From Dudresnaya verticillata (lineage: Eukaryota): 64,000 nt of DNA. This document shows positions 10,679-23,114 of the stretch, piece by piece (the stretch's first letter is position 1; each line of letters starts with the position of its first letter). The notes under the pieces were generated by a model that ran no database searches, was not told where the DNA came from, and saw nothing but the letters and a program-made list of their open reading frames with translations. The position numbers and the translations under genes were made by a program. Where the stretch lies: positions 930,001 to 994,000 of the forward strand of contig OZ374565.1 in assembly GCA_977862235.1 (NCBI GenBank). Reading direction: 5' to 3'.

Positions 10679-12283
10679 ATGAGGCCCAGCAAAATAGCTA
10701 TCGGGTTGCTATCTTGCCTTATTTTGACCCTTTTGACAACTTGCTCAGAGGCTGGTCGTCCTTTTCGGGGCCGAATCGGAGCAAATTTTATACTATGTCT
10801 GTACAAAGACTCTCCCACACCTGCACGGGACAAGGATTTCTTCGTGCGGATGGTTCTCCCAGGTGCAAGAGATGGCCACAACGACTATTGGCAAAATGTT
10901 TCCCACAACGCCATCAACTTCCAGGGTTCTCGAGTTGAGGGCTGGTACCGCCTAGAAAACACAATAGAAGAGTCAAAAAAGCTACAGAAACGAACAGACA
11001 AATGGGCCGAATGCAGGGACAAGGCAAAATCATCAGGATATACTCCCCCTGCAGGACACATCGTAGTGGCAATAACGAGCCCAGGAATTGACATATTTGG
11101 TCTACCTGGCTTAGCTCTACTCCCTGAAGACACAAACCTTGGATTAATGGCTCATGAGGTCGGGCATGCGCTTTCGCTCAAGCACTCTTTCTCCGACGAC
11201 CCTAATTATCGCAATGTGGATTGGGCAGCTATTGGGGAATACGATGATGAATGGGATATCATGAGCTATGCCCATGTTCTGGGACGCACAACACCAGATT
11301 TTGGCCGGGGTGGTCCAGGTCTTAATGCATATCACCGGGATCGCATGGGATTTCTTGCTCGAGACAAGATCTTTCGCTTTGGTGCGGATGGCAGGCCTGA
11401 TGCGACTCTAACCCTTCTGTCCCTCAACCGACGCTTCGGTACAGGTTATCACTTGATTCGGATCCCATTCGATTTGAATGACCACTTCAGGTACTACACA
11501 GTTGAATACAGAGTTAGCATAGGTTGGGATTCGGGATTCCCAAACGATGTTATCCTCATCCACGAAGTGAAGAAAAGATCAAACGGTCATTACGCCAGTT
11601 TCCTTATCCGTGAACATTCAGGAAGCAGAGCCCCGAAACAGTCTCTTAACGTCAACGGGGTGTGGATCGGAGACGTATCTAGGAGCCCAGCGACTGGGCG
11701 TGCTACTGTTCGAATCCAGGCGAGAACCCCAGCTACAACCTGCGTTAAAGGCTTCGTCTGGCGTAAAGCCAGATTAACTGACCTCGTATGTGTTTCACCT
11801 ACAAGGCAGTCACAGGTACAACAGGAGAACACTACTGGTCCCAGCAACCGTCAGCCTGGTGGCGGCCCCTTCGGCCCGAACACATGCAGGAAGGGGTACG
11901 TATGGAGAGAAGCCTTTCCTGGAGATCGCATTTGCGTCCATCCAAGCCGACGGACACTTGCCAAGCAGGAAAACGCGATTGCATTTGAGCGAAGGCTTGG
12001 TGGGGCAGTTTATGGTCCTAATACTTGCAAACCAGGGTATGTGTGGCGTGAGGCAGATCAACAGGACTGGGTCTGTGTTACGCCTAACCGACGGGCAGAT
12101 ACAAGACTGCAAAACGGGCTCTCTTCTTCTAGAAGGCAACGGAACAGCATTGGGTGTCGCATCCCGTTTACGTGGCGTGATGCGTTCCCGAATGATCGGG
12201 TTTGTGTGACGGATGGGAGCAAGATTGCAGCCTCTCGGGAGAATGCGCTGGCAACTTCGCGCTTGAGAAATGAGAAGGCCTAG
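10679..12283 (+). CDS. Secreted zinc metallopeptidase (metzincin, M6/M11-like) with four C-terminal Cys/Trp repeats, 534 aa
   Basis: Signal peptide, HEVGHALSLKH zinc motif and DIMSY Met-turn. Repeats: TCVKGFVWRKA..DLVCVSP, TCRKGYVWREA..DRICVHP, TCKPGYVWREA..DWVCVTP, GCRIPFTWRDA..DRVCVTD. Confidence 0.88.
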   Translation: MRPSKIAIGLLSCLILTLLTTCSEAGRPFRGRIGANFILCLYKDSPTPARDKDFFVRMVLPGARDGHNDYWQNVSHNAINFQGSRVEGWYRLENTIEESKKLQKRTDKWAECRDKAKSSGYTPPAGHIVVAITSPGIDIFGLPGLALLPEDTNLGLMAHEVGHALSLKHSFSDDPNYRNVDWAAIGEYDDEWDIMSYAHVLGRTTPDFGRGGPGLNAYHRDRMGFLARDKIFRFGADGRPDATLTLLSLNRRFGTGYHLIRIPFDLNDHFRYYTVEYRVSIGWDSGFPNDVILIHEVKKRSNGHYASFLIREHSGSRAPKQSLNVNGVWIGDVSRSPATGRATVRIQARTPATTCVKGFVWRKARLTDLVCVSPTRQSQVQQENTTGPSNRQPGGGPFGPNTCRKGYVWREAFPGDRICVHPSRRTLAKQENAIAFERRLGGAVYGPNTCKPGYVWREADQQDWVCVTPNRRADTRLQNGLSSSRRQRNSIGCRIPFTWRDAFPNDRVCVTDGSKIAASRENALATSRLRNEKA

Positions 12284-13672
12284 TTTCTGGGAAACTGTAT
12301 TAGTTTGTTGTCTAGCGACATAGTGCTTGGTCTCTCAGCGCAGTACTGTGCGGGTAAGGGGCTCCTCAAGTCACCATGGCGGTAATGCGGTGTTCTGAGA
12401 TGTACGTAGAATGTCGTATATCGCCTGAAACGCAATGGTAATGTAGTTACACAATAGTTTCCCCGTCGTTGGCTATCCTAGGGCCTGGGCATCTCCACGG
12501 GCAAGGGAACGAAAAGCCAAACGTCGGTGTTTGACGAAGCGTTGAAATATATTTGCACTGCTGTAACTTGTCTTATACATGACATGATAAGCATATCATG
12601 TTAGTAGACTTGAGTTCCTAATCGCCGTTTCAGAGAATAGCTCTAGTACCATTAAAACAGGATTGAATGTTGGTTTGCTCGGGAATACGCGGACAGGGCA
12701 AGCTTGAAGGGTTGCATTGTCGCAACAGAAGTTCAAACCAATGTAGGCAAGGTGGTCCTGCAGAGGCGACAAAGTCCCATTAGCAAACGCATCAGCTCCA
12801 GGGCCAATATAAGGGCGGGGGGAGGAAGGCAGATGTAAGACTAGTGAGAAGCGGTGAAACAAGGGGGGTGGGCGCTCCCGAGATCGTTGTCGAAGCAAAG
12901 ATTGTGGATACGGCGGCTAGGTTGCTTGGGCGAGGTCCGCTTTGCTCATATCGCTGAGATTCGGGATGCAGGTAGGGAGTAGGGTTGGCTTTCTAGAGTA
13001 CTGCGGTGGGAAGGGGAACGTAGGTATACGCTAGCAAATCGCGAGAAAGTGGTCGTGGTAGGCGGGGAGGCGGAGCGCTAGGGTAAAGCGAGGGGACAAG
13101 GAAAAGGGGGCTGGGCGAAGCCCATTCAGAGGATAATGTGCTCAAAAGGAGTTTAGTACGGGTTCATCAGACGCCGAGTCAAAAGCGCGGTCCCGACGAG
13201 TACGGGAAGCCGAGCGAAATCGTTGAGAGGCCGCAATTGCGCGGAAATGAGGTGCTTGCACAATTTGTTTTTGAGATGTGAAGTTAAAAAGAGCAATGCT
13301 CAATCTTTGAACGTTTGCTGCCCGGCACTTTCGGCGTTCCGCGCATCCGGCACGGCACTATCGGAGACAGGGTACATTTTCCACGCGGCGTGTGGGTCTG
13401 AAAACCAACCGTTGAGCGGGTGCAGCTTGATTTCTTCGGGCCCTACCGTTCCGAAAGCTTCGTTATCAAAACTCGGTGCGGTGTTTCTTCGTCCTTTGCT
13501 GCACATCGGGCACTTTGTTATACGCGCTGCAAGGCTTCATCTCCTTCAGCAGCTTCCCTCGAAGTCCTTGGTTGTGACTCGAGAGACCAGCGACAGACCG
13601 GCGAGAGACCAGCTCCCATCGCTTCCGTCTGTAAGTTGGCACCTTGCTCGTGCTCCGCAACAGTCTTACCCA

Positions 13673-15661
13673 ATGGCGGCCCGCAAAGTGCAGATCGAGA
13701 TGGACAAGGTGTTCAAGAAGGTTGATGAAGGGCTGCTAAACTTCGAAGTAATGTGGGATAGGGTGTACGACAGTGCTTTTCACACCAACAGGGAGAAGAA
13801 TGAGGAAAAGTTGAAGAAGGAGCTGAAGAAGCTCCAGAGATATCGTCACCAGATAAATCAGTGGGTGGCGGACGACGCCATCAAGGTCAAGACGAAACTT
13901 CTTGAGTACCTCATCAGAATTGAGGAGAAAATGGAGATGTTCAAAGAGTGCGAACGGGAAGCTAAACTGAAGGCATTCTCTAACATGGGGCTCTTGGAAA
14001 CCAAGGTTGATCCTGTGGAAAAGGAGAAGGAGGATGCTGAAGAGTGGATAACGGTGGCTATTTCTCAACTCAAGAAGGAGTGCGAAACTACTGAAGCAGA
14101 GCTAGAGGCGTGTACCTCCGCGAAGAAGAAGAAGAAGCGAAAAGACAAAAAGAGTACCAGAGCCTGCGCGATTCTCGAGAAACTGCAGCGACACGAGCAT
14201 CATGTTCAACGGCTGGAACGCGCTTTGCGCAGTCTGCACAATGGCAATGTCACGCCTCAGCAAATATGGGACATCAGGGATGGAGTAGAGTATTATATCG
14301 AGAGCAACGAAGACCCAAGCTTTGTTGAGGATGAGGAGCTGTACAAAGATCTCGACTTAGAACCTGTAATGCTCTTGGGACCTCATCGGAATCCTCGACA
14401 GAAGAGCGAAAAGGAAGAAGAACGTGAACGTGCGGGCAGGGAAACCAACTCGGACAAAAGAAAGATTTCTCCAGAGCCTGGAAAGCATGAGGCTGGGGAC
14501 AAGGGCGAGACTCATTCTCATGCCGCGAAGGGAGAAACTCCCAAGTGCGAAAAAGATGCCTCAATAGAAGACGAAATTGGGGAAGACATTCCAAGCCTTC
14601 CACTTACCGCAGATCTCAACAGTTTTACTCCTGTCCACGAAGAGAAGCAGACTTCAGGTTCCGACTATTCGCAAGCTCAAGAATCTCGTGTCAGTGTTAC
14701 TGAAGTTGGCGGCAATCAAGTCAGAACTACCGCTGAGGACCATGGTTTGACATCACTGACGGCAATTGTGAGTACTCGTCATGCAGTGGGAGAAGGAGTT
14801 TCTCCGGTGAGGATTACGATACGTGAAGATGATTCTGATACTGGAGGTGTGGATGCGACTTCTGACAATCGTAACATCACGAACTTGGGTTACCATTCGC
14901 AGGGAGTTCCGGCGATCAAGGATACCGCAGAAAACGCAGTAGCCAATGTGGATACAGTTGCGATATCTGAGACGGTGAAGGAATTTAACCTTGACAACGA
15001 GGACCCTGTTGAGTTTCCGGTACTGGAACAGAGCGCAAAGAAGAGGCATATCATGGAACAGGAGGAACGAGACGCTCGGGAGTTCGGTCGCATACGAGCC
15101 CAAAGGTACGGTCGTATTGGTACGATAATTCCTCAGGTCAGTGAGAAGAGGGCGGCTGAAGACCTAGCTGCGCTAGACGCGTCATTGCGTTATTTCCCGG
15201 AACCAGACTTGTGCTATGCGAGAGTTCCGGACAGCTCGGAATCCAAGCAACGAGCCAAACAGAATGAAGAAGAAGAAGCATCTAAGACCATCTCGGAGTA
15301 CATGCAGGTTCGCCTCCCGATTCATATTCCGCGCAAGTTCCCGAGTTCCGTATCGCCAACTGGGGGCCGCGCGAAATTCTTGAAGAAGGTAAATGTGGAT
15401 GTTCTCTTCTTCATCTTTTACTACGAACAAGAAACCGAAGACCAGTTTCTAGCAGCGATCGAACTGAGGCACCGCGGATGGAAGTTGCACAAGGAGCTGC
15501 ATTACTGGTTTCTAAGGAAAGGAACACCTGGGGACCTTGAAGCCTATGTATTCTTCGACTTCAAAATGCACCTCGAAGCTGGGCGTATTCGTGGGTGGCA
15601 CATGAGAAAAGTAACTGAGATCGGTGCTGAGGAGAGCTTCAATATCGCTGACCTGGTATAA
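13673..15661 (+). CDS. NOT3: CCR4-NOT complex subunit NOT3/NOT5-like protein, ~662 aa
   Basis: N-terminal Not3 domain (MAARKVQIEMDKVFKKVDEG...LKKELKKLQRYRHQI...EREAKLKAFS) and C-terminal NOT box (VDVLFFIFYYEQ...QFLAAIELRHRGWKLHK). ATG at 13673. Confidence 0.9.
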   Translation: MAARKVQIEMDKVFKKVDEGLLNFEVMWDRVYDSAFHTNREKNEEKLKKELKKLQRYRHQINQWVADDAIKVKTKLLEYLIRIEEKMEMFKECEREAKLKAFSNMGLLETKVDPVEKEKEDAEEWITVAISQLKKECETTEAELEACTSAKKKKKRKDKKSTRACAILEKLQRHEHHVQRLERALRSLHNGNVTPQQIWDIRDGVEYYIESNEDPSFVEDEELYKDLDLEPVMLLGPHRNPRQKSEKEEERERAGRETNSDKRKISPEPGKHEAGDKGETHSHAAKGETPKCEKDASIEDEIGEDIPSLPLTADLNSFTPVHEEKQTSGSDYSQAQESRVSVTEVGGNQVRTTAEDHGLTSLTAIVSTRHAVGEGVSPVRITIREDDSDTGGVDATSDNRNITNLGYHSQGVPAIKDTAENAVANVDTVAISETVKEFNLDNEDPVEFPVLEQSAKKRHIMEQEERDAREFGRIRAQRYGRIGTIIPQVSEKRAAEDLAALDASLRYFPEPDLCYARVPDSSESKQRAKQNEEEEASKTISEYMQVRLPIHIPRKFPSSVSPTGGRAKFLKKVNVDVLFFIFYYEQETEDQFLAAIELRHRGWKLHKELHYWFLRKGTPGDLEAYVFFDFKMHLEAGRIRGWHMRKVTEIGAEESFNIADLV

Positions 15662-18600
15662 AGGGAACCTCTTTAATAATACTAATTGCCGTGAATGTCG
15701 AAGGCCTGCATGGAGCCTCATGCTAATCTCCTAACGTTGGATTGAGTTACGTCAGTTTGCATGCTACTCAGCTTAGACTCTTCCAAACGAAGAAGAAAAC
15801 CGAGAGAATGGTTTAAATAGCAAAGCTTCCGGTGAGAAATGACCTCTGCCCATAGTCCCCAGCTCATAGATCGTATCTCTTACTTGTTAGCAAAACCTTT
15901 AGCACCCAAACCAAGTGAAGCGATGTGGAAAAAGCACAAAAATGCCGTTTCACTATTGATGTCAGAGGGGTCGCGCCGAAGTGCACATAATCAGCGCTAC
16001 TCATAGTCCTTCTACGCGAATTTCTTCACATTGTAAAACTGGAGTATCTCCGGATACCCAAAAGTACAATGTTGTGGGTAGAAAGTAGTTGTCCGTGGCT
16101 TCGCCGCAAGAAATCGAGGGAATTTCTCCCACAAGGGCTAAGGCTGTTCGTTCGCGTTGTGCCTTCCAGAATCTTTTGTCAGTGATCGTACATGTCGTAT
16201 CTTCTGGTAACTGGTCCGAACTGACGCTTCTGTGCTCTGGGAATGCTCTCGCAGCTTCGCTTACCGAGCTGGAACGGCGCCCAAGGTTCGGCAGTCGCAG
16301 CTGCTCATTCCACTTTGGTTCTCGCGGGAGGAGGTGGCATTTTGAAAAGCCAGAGGATTCGTGGGCGCGGACTCAGCGGCAGGAGGTTGGTTAGATTCCG
16401 ACTCGAGTGAGAATCAAAAAAACAAGTGTAAAATACACCCAACACAGCACGAGATTGGGTGTGTCTAGAAACACGACCCGACGTGATCCGGTTTGCAGAT
16501 ATTACATTGGCTCAGACTCAGGACGTGCCCCAGAGATCGCGCAGCCGCTGTGGTAAGCCGCACTCGTCGAAGCGAAATTGTCACCCACGACCGGAGCTCG
16601 GACAGCCTTGGCCAGTCCTCCTTCGCATTCTCAACCGTTCCGAGCTGCCGCTGCCGCGTCTGTGTATTCTGCTGCGCCCGCGCACCCTCTAAAGTCATGC
16701 GCGCACTGCTCCGCCGGCCACTCGAGGCGTTCAGCCTTTCGCGAGGGACCTGGAAAGGCCCAGGATGAAGTTGACTCGGCGCAGCATGGCAGAAACGAAC
16801 CTGCTCCGTCTTGCAGCTTCTTCTTTCGCATCTGGATTGCAGCGTTTCTCTTTGCTTTTGCCGGCAACTTTCGCTTGCAGCTTTTTGCAAGTTGGCCCGT
16901 CTTCCTCGAGCTTCCTCGTACTTCCTCGTGCTCCCAGCGCTGCTAGTCACCTACGAATGCACTTTTTCCTTGGTTCAAGATCGGAATGCAGGTGGAACTA
17001 GTACACCCCTTGCCCCGAATTTCGATGCTCGGACAAGATTCCAAGAGAGCAATGAAGTTGAAGTTGAATGCGCTGGTGGTTCTCGGATGGTTGATGAGCA
17101 GCCATATTCGGCGTCTCGACATGCAACCATGTGGAATACTTGACATCCTAGACACTTCGTCTTGCATCATACCGCCCTGTTGCAGACCGGAATCGGACGT
17201 CAAGCTCACTGCAACTCCAGGGCCGCGGCGCGCGCTCATGTCGCCATCGATACTGTGCAGGTAGTTCGAACGCACTGTCACTCTCACTCCGTCTTTTAGT
17301 GCCTCGTCAAGGTCTACGTCGTTGCAGAGAAGACGTGTTGGTGCGGCTCATTTCAGTCCGACAACTTTCGTTCCTTCCGTACTGGTCTGAAACGATGCTG
17401 TTGTCGTCCCGACTGCTCTCGAAACTGTCGGATAGGAGGCATTGGCATGTGTTGTCAACCCGGACCGGTAGTGCTGTCCTATGGTACCTTCTTCCGGCGG
17501 CAAGGGCCGGACGTGCACAAGGATGCGTTTACTGCATGGCGAGAGGTTACGATGAAGGCTCAGTCAGTTCACAATCTGGATACTATATCCGGTCATCTCC
17601 ACTTTCAACTGTTTCGCTTTGCAACCGATTCGGATTTGAGCGTATCAACAACCACTCAGGCCCATACCGAGGGTTGGCTATCCTAGTGTGGCCTGCATAC
17701 AAGATATTATTGACTGGTGTGGTGGTTGTCTTTTGGTCAATTTTGCAAGGACTTGGTCGAGAAATGGTTCACCTCGCCGCTATCTTCGCACAGGCATTGA
17801 TATGTTACCTTGTGTATCGCACTGGACAGTTCATGCTTTCATCGCAAGTGGGTATGTGATGGTTGGAGCATGGTGTGTTTGCAGCATCTGCTGTGATACG
17901 ATATTTAACAGGTGCAAGGTTGACTGGTCCTCGCCATACTGCTGCACCACGTGCCTTGCGCCTGGCTTATGTGCACTGCGGTCCGCTTCGATGTGAAACA
18001 TGGACGGCGAGCGTAGCTGCATGAGCTGTGTTTGGTGCTGAACGGGATTCGGTGTAGCTTTGCGACGAATGCGCTTCTACTTCTGCGTTCTTTAGGATAG
18101 GAGGGCGCTGCTATTAGGAACCGGGAAATCCTGAGCACCTGCAAGTCTTCATTTGGTGGTGACATACGATGCCCGGAAGAGGCACTAGCATTCCGCGTAA
18201 CCTTGCAATCAGGTTGGCTGCTAGCCTTTTGTATGCACAGGCAGATAAGTGCGACTGGATGGTGCATGCCCGATCGGGAACGGGGCTTGGAAAGCGAACA
18301 AAGCAATGTCTGGGTGATGGGTGCGCTGCCTTCAATGCACGGCACTATGAATTCAGGACTACGCAAGCGAAGGAAGACGTGACAAACATCGAGCACGTCG
18401 GCACAGTAGAAGAAGTTACACAGAGACGGAGAAGTCCCGTGGAGTAGTGGCAAAATTGCCTGCAGAAGGGACTAACGACGATTCACGTTTGATGAGAAGG
18501 ACTTCCGGGGCAAGATGAAGAGTGGGGAAGGCACATCTGGTTTCGACTCGGAAGGAGAAGAGAGTGGTTCCATTTGCGGTTAGGCTTCGCTCGTGTTCGA

Positions 18601-20993
18601 GGGCGATATGATAGTGGGATGAACTGATCAGGAGACGGAGTTCGGTCTGGGTATGGTGAAGCCGAAGAGCTGAGTGGAGCGCAGGACAGAATATCTACAT
18701 CGTCTGCAGATGGTTGACGGGTGCACCTGCAGCATTGGCTTGGTGACAATCACGAAGCGACGGCGCCCAACTTAAGTACGACGAGAACGGTTTTTGGTGT
18801 ATCGCTTGCCGGGTTGTCGCCTGTCCCGAAAGACGCATTACAACACAGGCGCCCCGTCCCTTACATCTCTCGTTCTCGCGTAATTGCCTTCAAATGTAAC
18901 AAATTGAGGACATCTACGGCATTCGAACCCTACTGAAGCAGCACGACATGTGGCTTAGCAGTACAAACGCTCTTCTGCAAGCTCAGGCGCGGGACATGAC
19001 GGTGCGCTTGTTGCCAGATGGGGACTGATCAGACAGAAGGGTATGACTCGCAGGCGGCGGTAGGTAGCCATGTGCGGCGATGCCCTTGGGTGCTCACACA
19101 GCCTGGACTTATCGTGGACATGCCAGGCGGTATGCACATTGCAGGAAGGCCGCGCGATTCACGACGATGTCTGTTCTGGAAGTGCTATTGCTCTGGCCAA
19201 CGCAACTCACCGGGGGAATGGGAGCACCCAACCTTCTGGAATCGCACTTGTTTCGCCGCCCTTCCGCGTCTCGCAGGGCTGGATACGGACTGCTCTGTGT
19301 TTCGATGAGAGTTAGCTTGGACCCGTGGCAGAACCGCTGGGTGCAGAAGGAGATTTCGGATCCGTCGTTCGGTGCACACGCGCCTCGTTCACTTTTCCAT
19401 GTCTGCAGCATTGCAGAGCGATTGTGTGAGCGTGCTAGGCGTTTATCGCATCTCTTCAGCTCTTTGCGCTCCAACTTGGGGACTGGTACCCTTCTTGGCT
19501 ACTGCGCTCGCAACACAGATTTCGGCAGTTCAGTCGTGATTAGCGCGTAGTTGAGTTTCAACTCATAGGGACTGAGCTCGAGCAAAATTGCACTGATGCC
19601 TGGTGGGGTATGAATGCCACGCTCATTCGTGCCCGGTGTTCTGCACGCGTGCGGAACTTTGCTCCTGGAGCTGTGCTCCGACACCCGTCTCGGTGCGTTG
19701 TTTGTGGGCCAGTGTGGGCTTCCATGCTCTCAGACATGTAGTATATGCGAGGGTGCCGAAGCCCAGGCTGGTCAGCCTTGGCAGCGCAGCTACACAGAAA
19801 GGTTACTCGTTCAACTTTCGAGACGGATTCGTGGAGGTGTGCGGAACGCGAGGTTCAACAATGGGCAAGGTTGACGAGGCTCGGTGCCGGGAAGAGGACG
19901 GAAAGGACTGGGCGCAACACGAGAGTGTATCGGGGCAGTTTTGGGGTGCGATGAGTTCGGTTCGGTGACGCTTCGGTGCGACGGGCGTTTGCCTGTCCTT
20001 AAAATACTTCCGCGAATGACTTCAACGGACTGCCATTGGTCGACAGAGCAGCGTGCAATGCGCACCTGCCCTCTACACTAGGCCGCGATAGCGCGCGTGT
20101 TTCTACAGTTGCAGCAGTGACCCTGACCTTGACCGCGGCCCCGGGCCGCCAAATTCAGGCGCCTTATGAATCGCGATGGCGGTCGCGACGGGTGTGACTT
20201 GTTCAGACACCACCGAGTTGGCACTCGCCGCGTTGCGCAGAACGTGCTCCGCTGCGCTGACAGCTTGTTGTCAAGAAGGGGCCGCGCCGCCTTCTTCTTT
20301 GACAAGCGTCGTCAAGAGCCCTCGCTTGGCCCGCCGAGGCACTAAGCCAACTTGTCCAGCCTCCCCTGTCGCGCGCACAGTTGCCCGCACGTCGGAGATG
20401 CACAGCGCGCGGCCCAAACTGCCACCCACACCGCGTGGCACGCCCACTGCATTGTTGTGTACTGTCCCGGTGCATATCTACTGCGCTTGAGTCGACGCTT
20501 TGATCCATACCCAGGGCTTCTCCCCTCTGACGATCCCTTCCGCATTCGCTTATGTAAGATTAACCAAACCCAAAACCCGCCCTTGAGCTGCCGGTACAAG
20601 GGCATCTTCTTCCACTCACGCTTAACATCCGCGGAGCCCCGTCAACAGTAGTAGCAATCTCATCTATTACATCATCAACCGCTTGGTACCCATTTGCTTT
20701 GAATGTCTGGACCTCTCCAATGTCCGTGCTGTTGCCCTTCCGACAAGGGCTCACCATACTTCGCCGCTTGCGCATCTGTATCGATCGCGAACAGCTGAGT
20801 ATATACATATAGACACCAGCGCTAGGCTCTGCTCCACCACTGTGCAATCTGCAACGCAATACTTCGCCCACAATTTCTTTAGCTGCACCACCCGACTTCA
20901 CAATCCTTCTCTTCTTGCCGTCTCACCACCGCCCAGCCACCCCCACTACCAGGTCACGAAACCAGCGAAAGATTCAAAACTTCTACCCCAAGC

Positions 20994-23114
20994 ATGCACC
21001 AGCCAAGTCCTCCGCCGCAGGCCACCACGCCGCCACAGGCTAGTTCGAAGCAAGCAAGCCAAGCGGAGTCGCACTTCACAATATCAGATCTATACATCAA
21101 GCTCATGAACCTCTATATGTTGCTCTTCGAAAACCGGAAGGGTTCCAACTTCCGCTGGTCCAACACCATGCGCGATTCCGTCTCCTTCGTGGGGCAGTTT
21201 GCCAAGAATCAATACACCAAGATCTACGGCCGAATCAGCCCGAAGTACAAGCATCACCCGCAACAGCGTTTCGAGAATGCAATCCGCAAGTTCGACGCCA
21301 GCCCAACTCTGGCCGCCGACCTCAGTGCCTCCGGTACCAATGCCTTCTACGCCCGCGTCTGCGGTCATACCGACTTTTCGGGCATTGTGAACAACGAGTG
21401 CGATCTCACCCTCATTGACCAGGTCTCTACTATCAAAAACTCGGCAGACTATGTCTTCAACGACGTCTTCGAACGCAAGGGGCCAGTCGCCGCCCAGAAG
21501 GCCCGCGATGCATACGCAAGGGGCTATAGCCGCGCCATCGACGTGCGCAGCACTGCTGACTGGGAGGCATTCCGCAACGAGCTGCGAGCCGGCCGGCCGT
21601 ACGACACCCAGCCCGATACAGTGGACAAAAACGTCACTCTAGTTGCGCTTTCGTACAAAGGCCAGTCGATCAAGCTGATCCGACGCATGAAAGTACTCAC
21701 GCAGGATGGTACACCAGAGGAGGAGTCAGTGCTGCAGCAGTTCGAGGTCAACATGACCTCTGACTTTCTGGACGATTTTCGGTGGAGCCAGATGGTGCGC
21801 TCGTGCCGCGCCCTCGCAAATACTGCGGGGACCCACCACGTACGTATCTGGATTGATCGTCTCGTGAACAAGGGCAAGGATTTCAAAGAAGTGAGCGAAT
21901 TCTACAGCATGGTCGACTGGGAGGATTTTGGTCTGTTTGCCTATGCCGTGTGCCCCGTGGTGAGAGTATACGACCTCAATGAGAAGTACTTTGGAACCGA
22001 CTTTTGGCGCAAGCTAGAGACGGTTCTCGGGGTTGCTGGTCGTGGATTGTTGGTTGACGACTACATGCTGCGGAAGTTCGACAACACGATCTACTATGGT
22101 TCCTCCATTTACAATAGGTTGGGCAACGGGCTGGCCCGTATCGGTGGCGATGGGATATATCTGCGGGCTACGACGCTTGCACTTGCGACGGCGCTATTGA
22201 CTGACAGTGTGAGCGTCCGTGAGGCAAATGAGGATATGCGCACACAGCAGGCAGCTTCTGCGTGGAAGGCATGGGCGCTACGGACGATTGCTGAGGGCGC
22301 GTACAGCAAGCGGCACAGTAGCATGATGGTGAGGGGGGAGCAGTTTCGGATTCGTTTTCGGGAGTTTTACACCATCGTGTTCTGGGAGTCGATCGCGTGC
22401 CGATCAGATGCCCTGGTGGGGAAAAACTACTTGGACATGAGCATGCAGCGGTCGATGGATTACCGCAAAGCATCAGGGTGGGACGGGGTGCTGGAATGGG
22501 TGGGGATATTGCCCGGCAGCTGCAATGTGGTGGATCGCAAGGCAATCATGGACTTTATGGACCATGGGGTGTCGATGAGCCTGCACGCATCGACGACCGG
22601 GCACGTTGCTGGGATCATGACACTGGTGAGCGATGACCGGATGCACAAGCGCACGCTGGTGGTGGATCTGGCGCGTTTCTCGACTACGCGCGAGGGACAC
22701 GTGACAGCGGTGGCAGAGGCGACGGGGTTGTGGGATGAAGTACTGCTGCCTCCCTACCTGGTACATCGGGTGGACCCGGACGAAGACCAACAGGCGGAGG
22801 TTACTAATGATGGGGTTTTGATCACGTGTAAGCCTATGAGGTTGGAGTACGTGTGGGCAAAGCCGATCCGGATAATGTCGTTGCTGATGACGAACATCGT
22901 TTTGATACAGGCTTCGTTTGGGATATGGCTGTTCGTGGGTGCGGTGCAGCTGTGGGTTTTCTGGAAACCGTGGCCGTGGTTTGATGTGTGCGATGTGGGA
23001 GAGGCACTTTTCCACAACCTGTTGCTGCACGGGTTGTTTGGGAGTGGGGTGAAGAAGCAGTATCGAAATCTGAGGACAGACGAGGTAAGGTACAGCCAGC
23101 TCAGTTGGAACTAG
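20994..23114 (+). CDS. Uncharacterised 706-aa protein with a HET-like core and C-terminal hydrophobic segment
   Basis: Long GC3-rich ORF. Motifs ALSY, IWID, AYAVCPVV and FWRKLE fall in HET-domain order. Hydrophobic stretch IMSLLMTNIVLIQASFGIWLFVGAVQLWVFW near the C-terminus. Confidence 0.8.
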   Translation: MHQPSPPPQATTPPQASSKQASQAESHFTISDLYIKLMNLYMLLFENRKGSNFRWSNTMRDSVSFVGQFAKNQYTKIYGRISPKYKHHPQQRFENAIRKFDASPTLAADLSASGTNAFYARVCGHTDFSGIVNNECDLTLIDQVSTIKNSADYVFNDVFERKGPVAAQKARDAYARGYSRAIDVRSTADWEAFRNELRAGRPYDTQPDTVDKNVTLVALSYKGQSIKLIRRMKVLTQDGTPEEESVLQQFEVNMTSDFLDDFRWSQMVRSCRALANTAGTHHVRIWIDRLVNKGKDFKEVSEFYSMVDWEDFGLFAYAVCPVVRVYDLNEKYFGTDFWRKLETVLGVAGRGLLVDDYMLRKFDNTIYYGSSIYNRLGNGLARIGGDGIYLRATTLALATALLTDSVSVREANEDMRTQQAASAWKAWALRTIAEGAYSKRHSSMMVRGEQFRIRFREFYTIVFWESIACRSDALVGKNYLDMSMQRSMDYRKASGWDGVLEWVGILPGSCNVVDRKAIMDFMDHGVSMSLHASTTGHVAGIMTLVSDDRMHKRTLVVDLARFSTTREGHVTAVAEATGLWDEVLLPPYLVHRVDPDEDQQAEVTNDGVLITCKPMRLEYVWAKPIRIMSLLMTNIVLIQASFGIWLFVGAVQLWVFWKPWPWFDVCDVGEALFHNLLLHGLFGSGVKKQYRNLRTDEVRYSQLSWN

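Noticed and set aside
16400..20000. Scattered 60-190 aa ORFs, including hydrophobic 17299..17859
   Set aside because: No recognisable domain and fragmented frames; possibly a decayed gene, but it cannot be supported.
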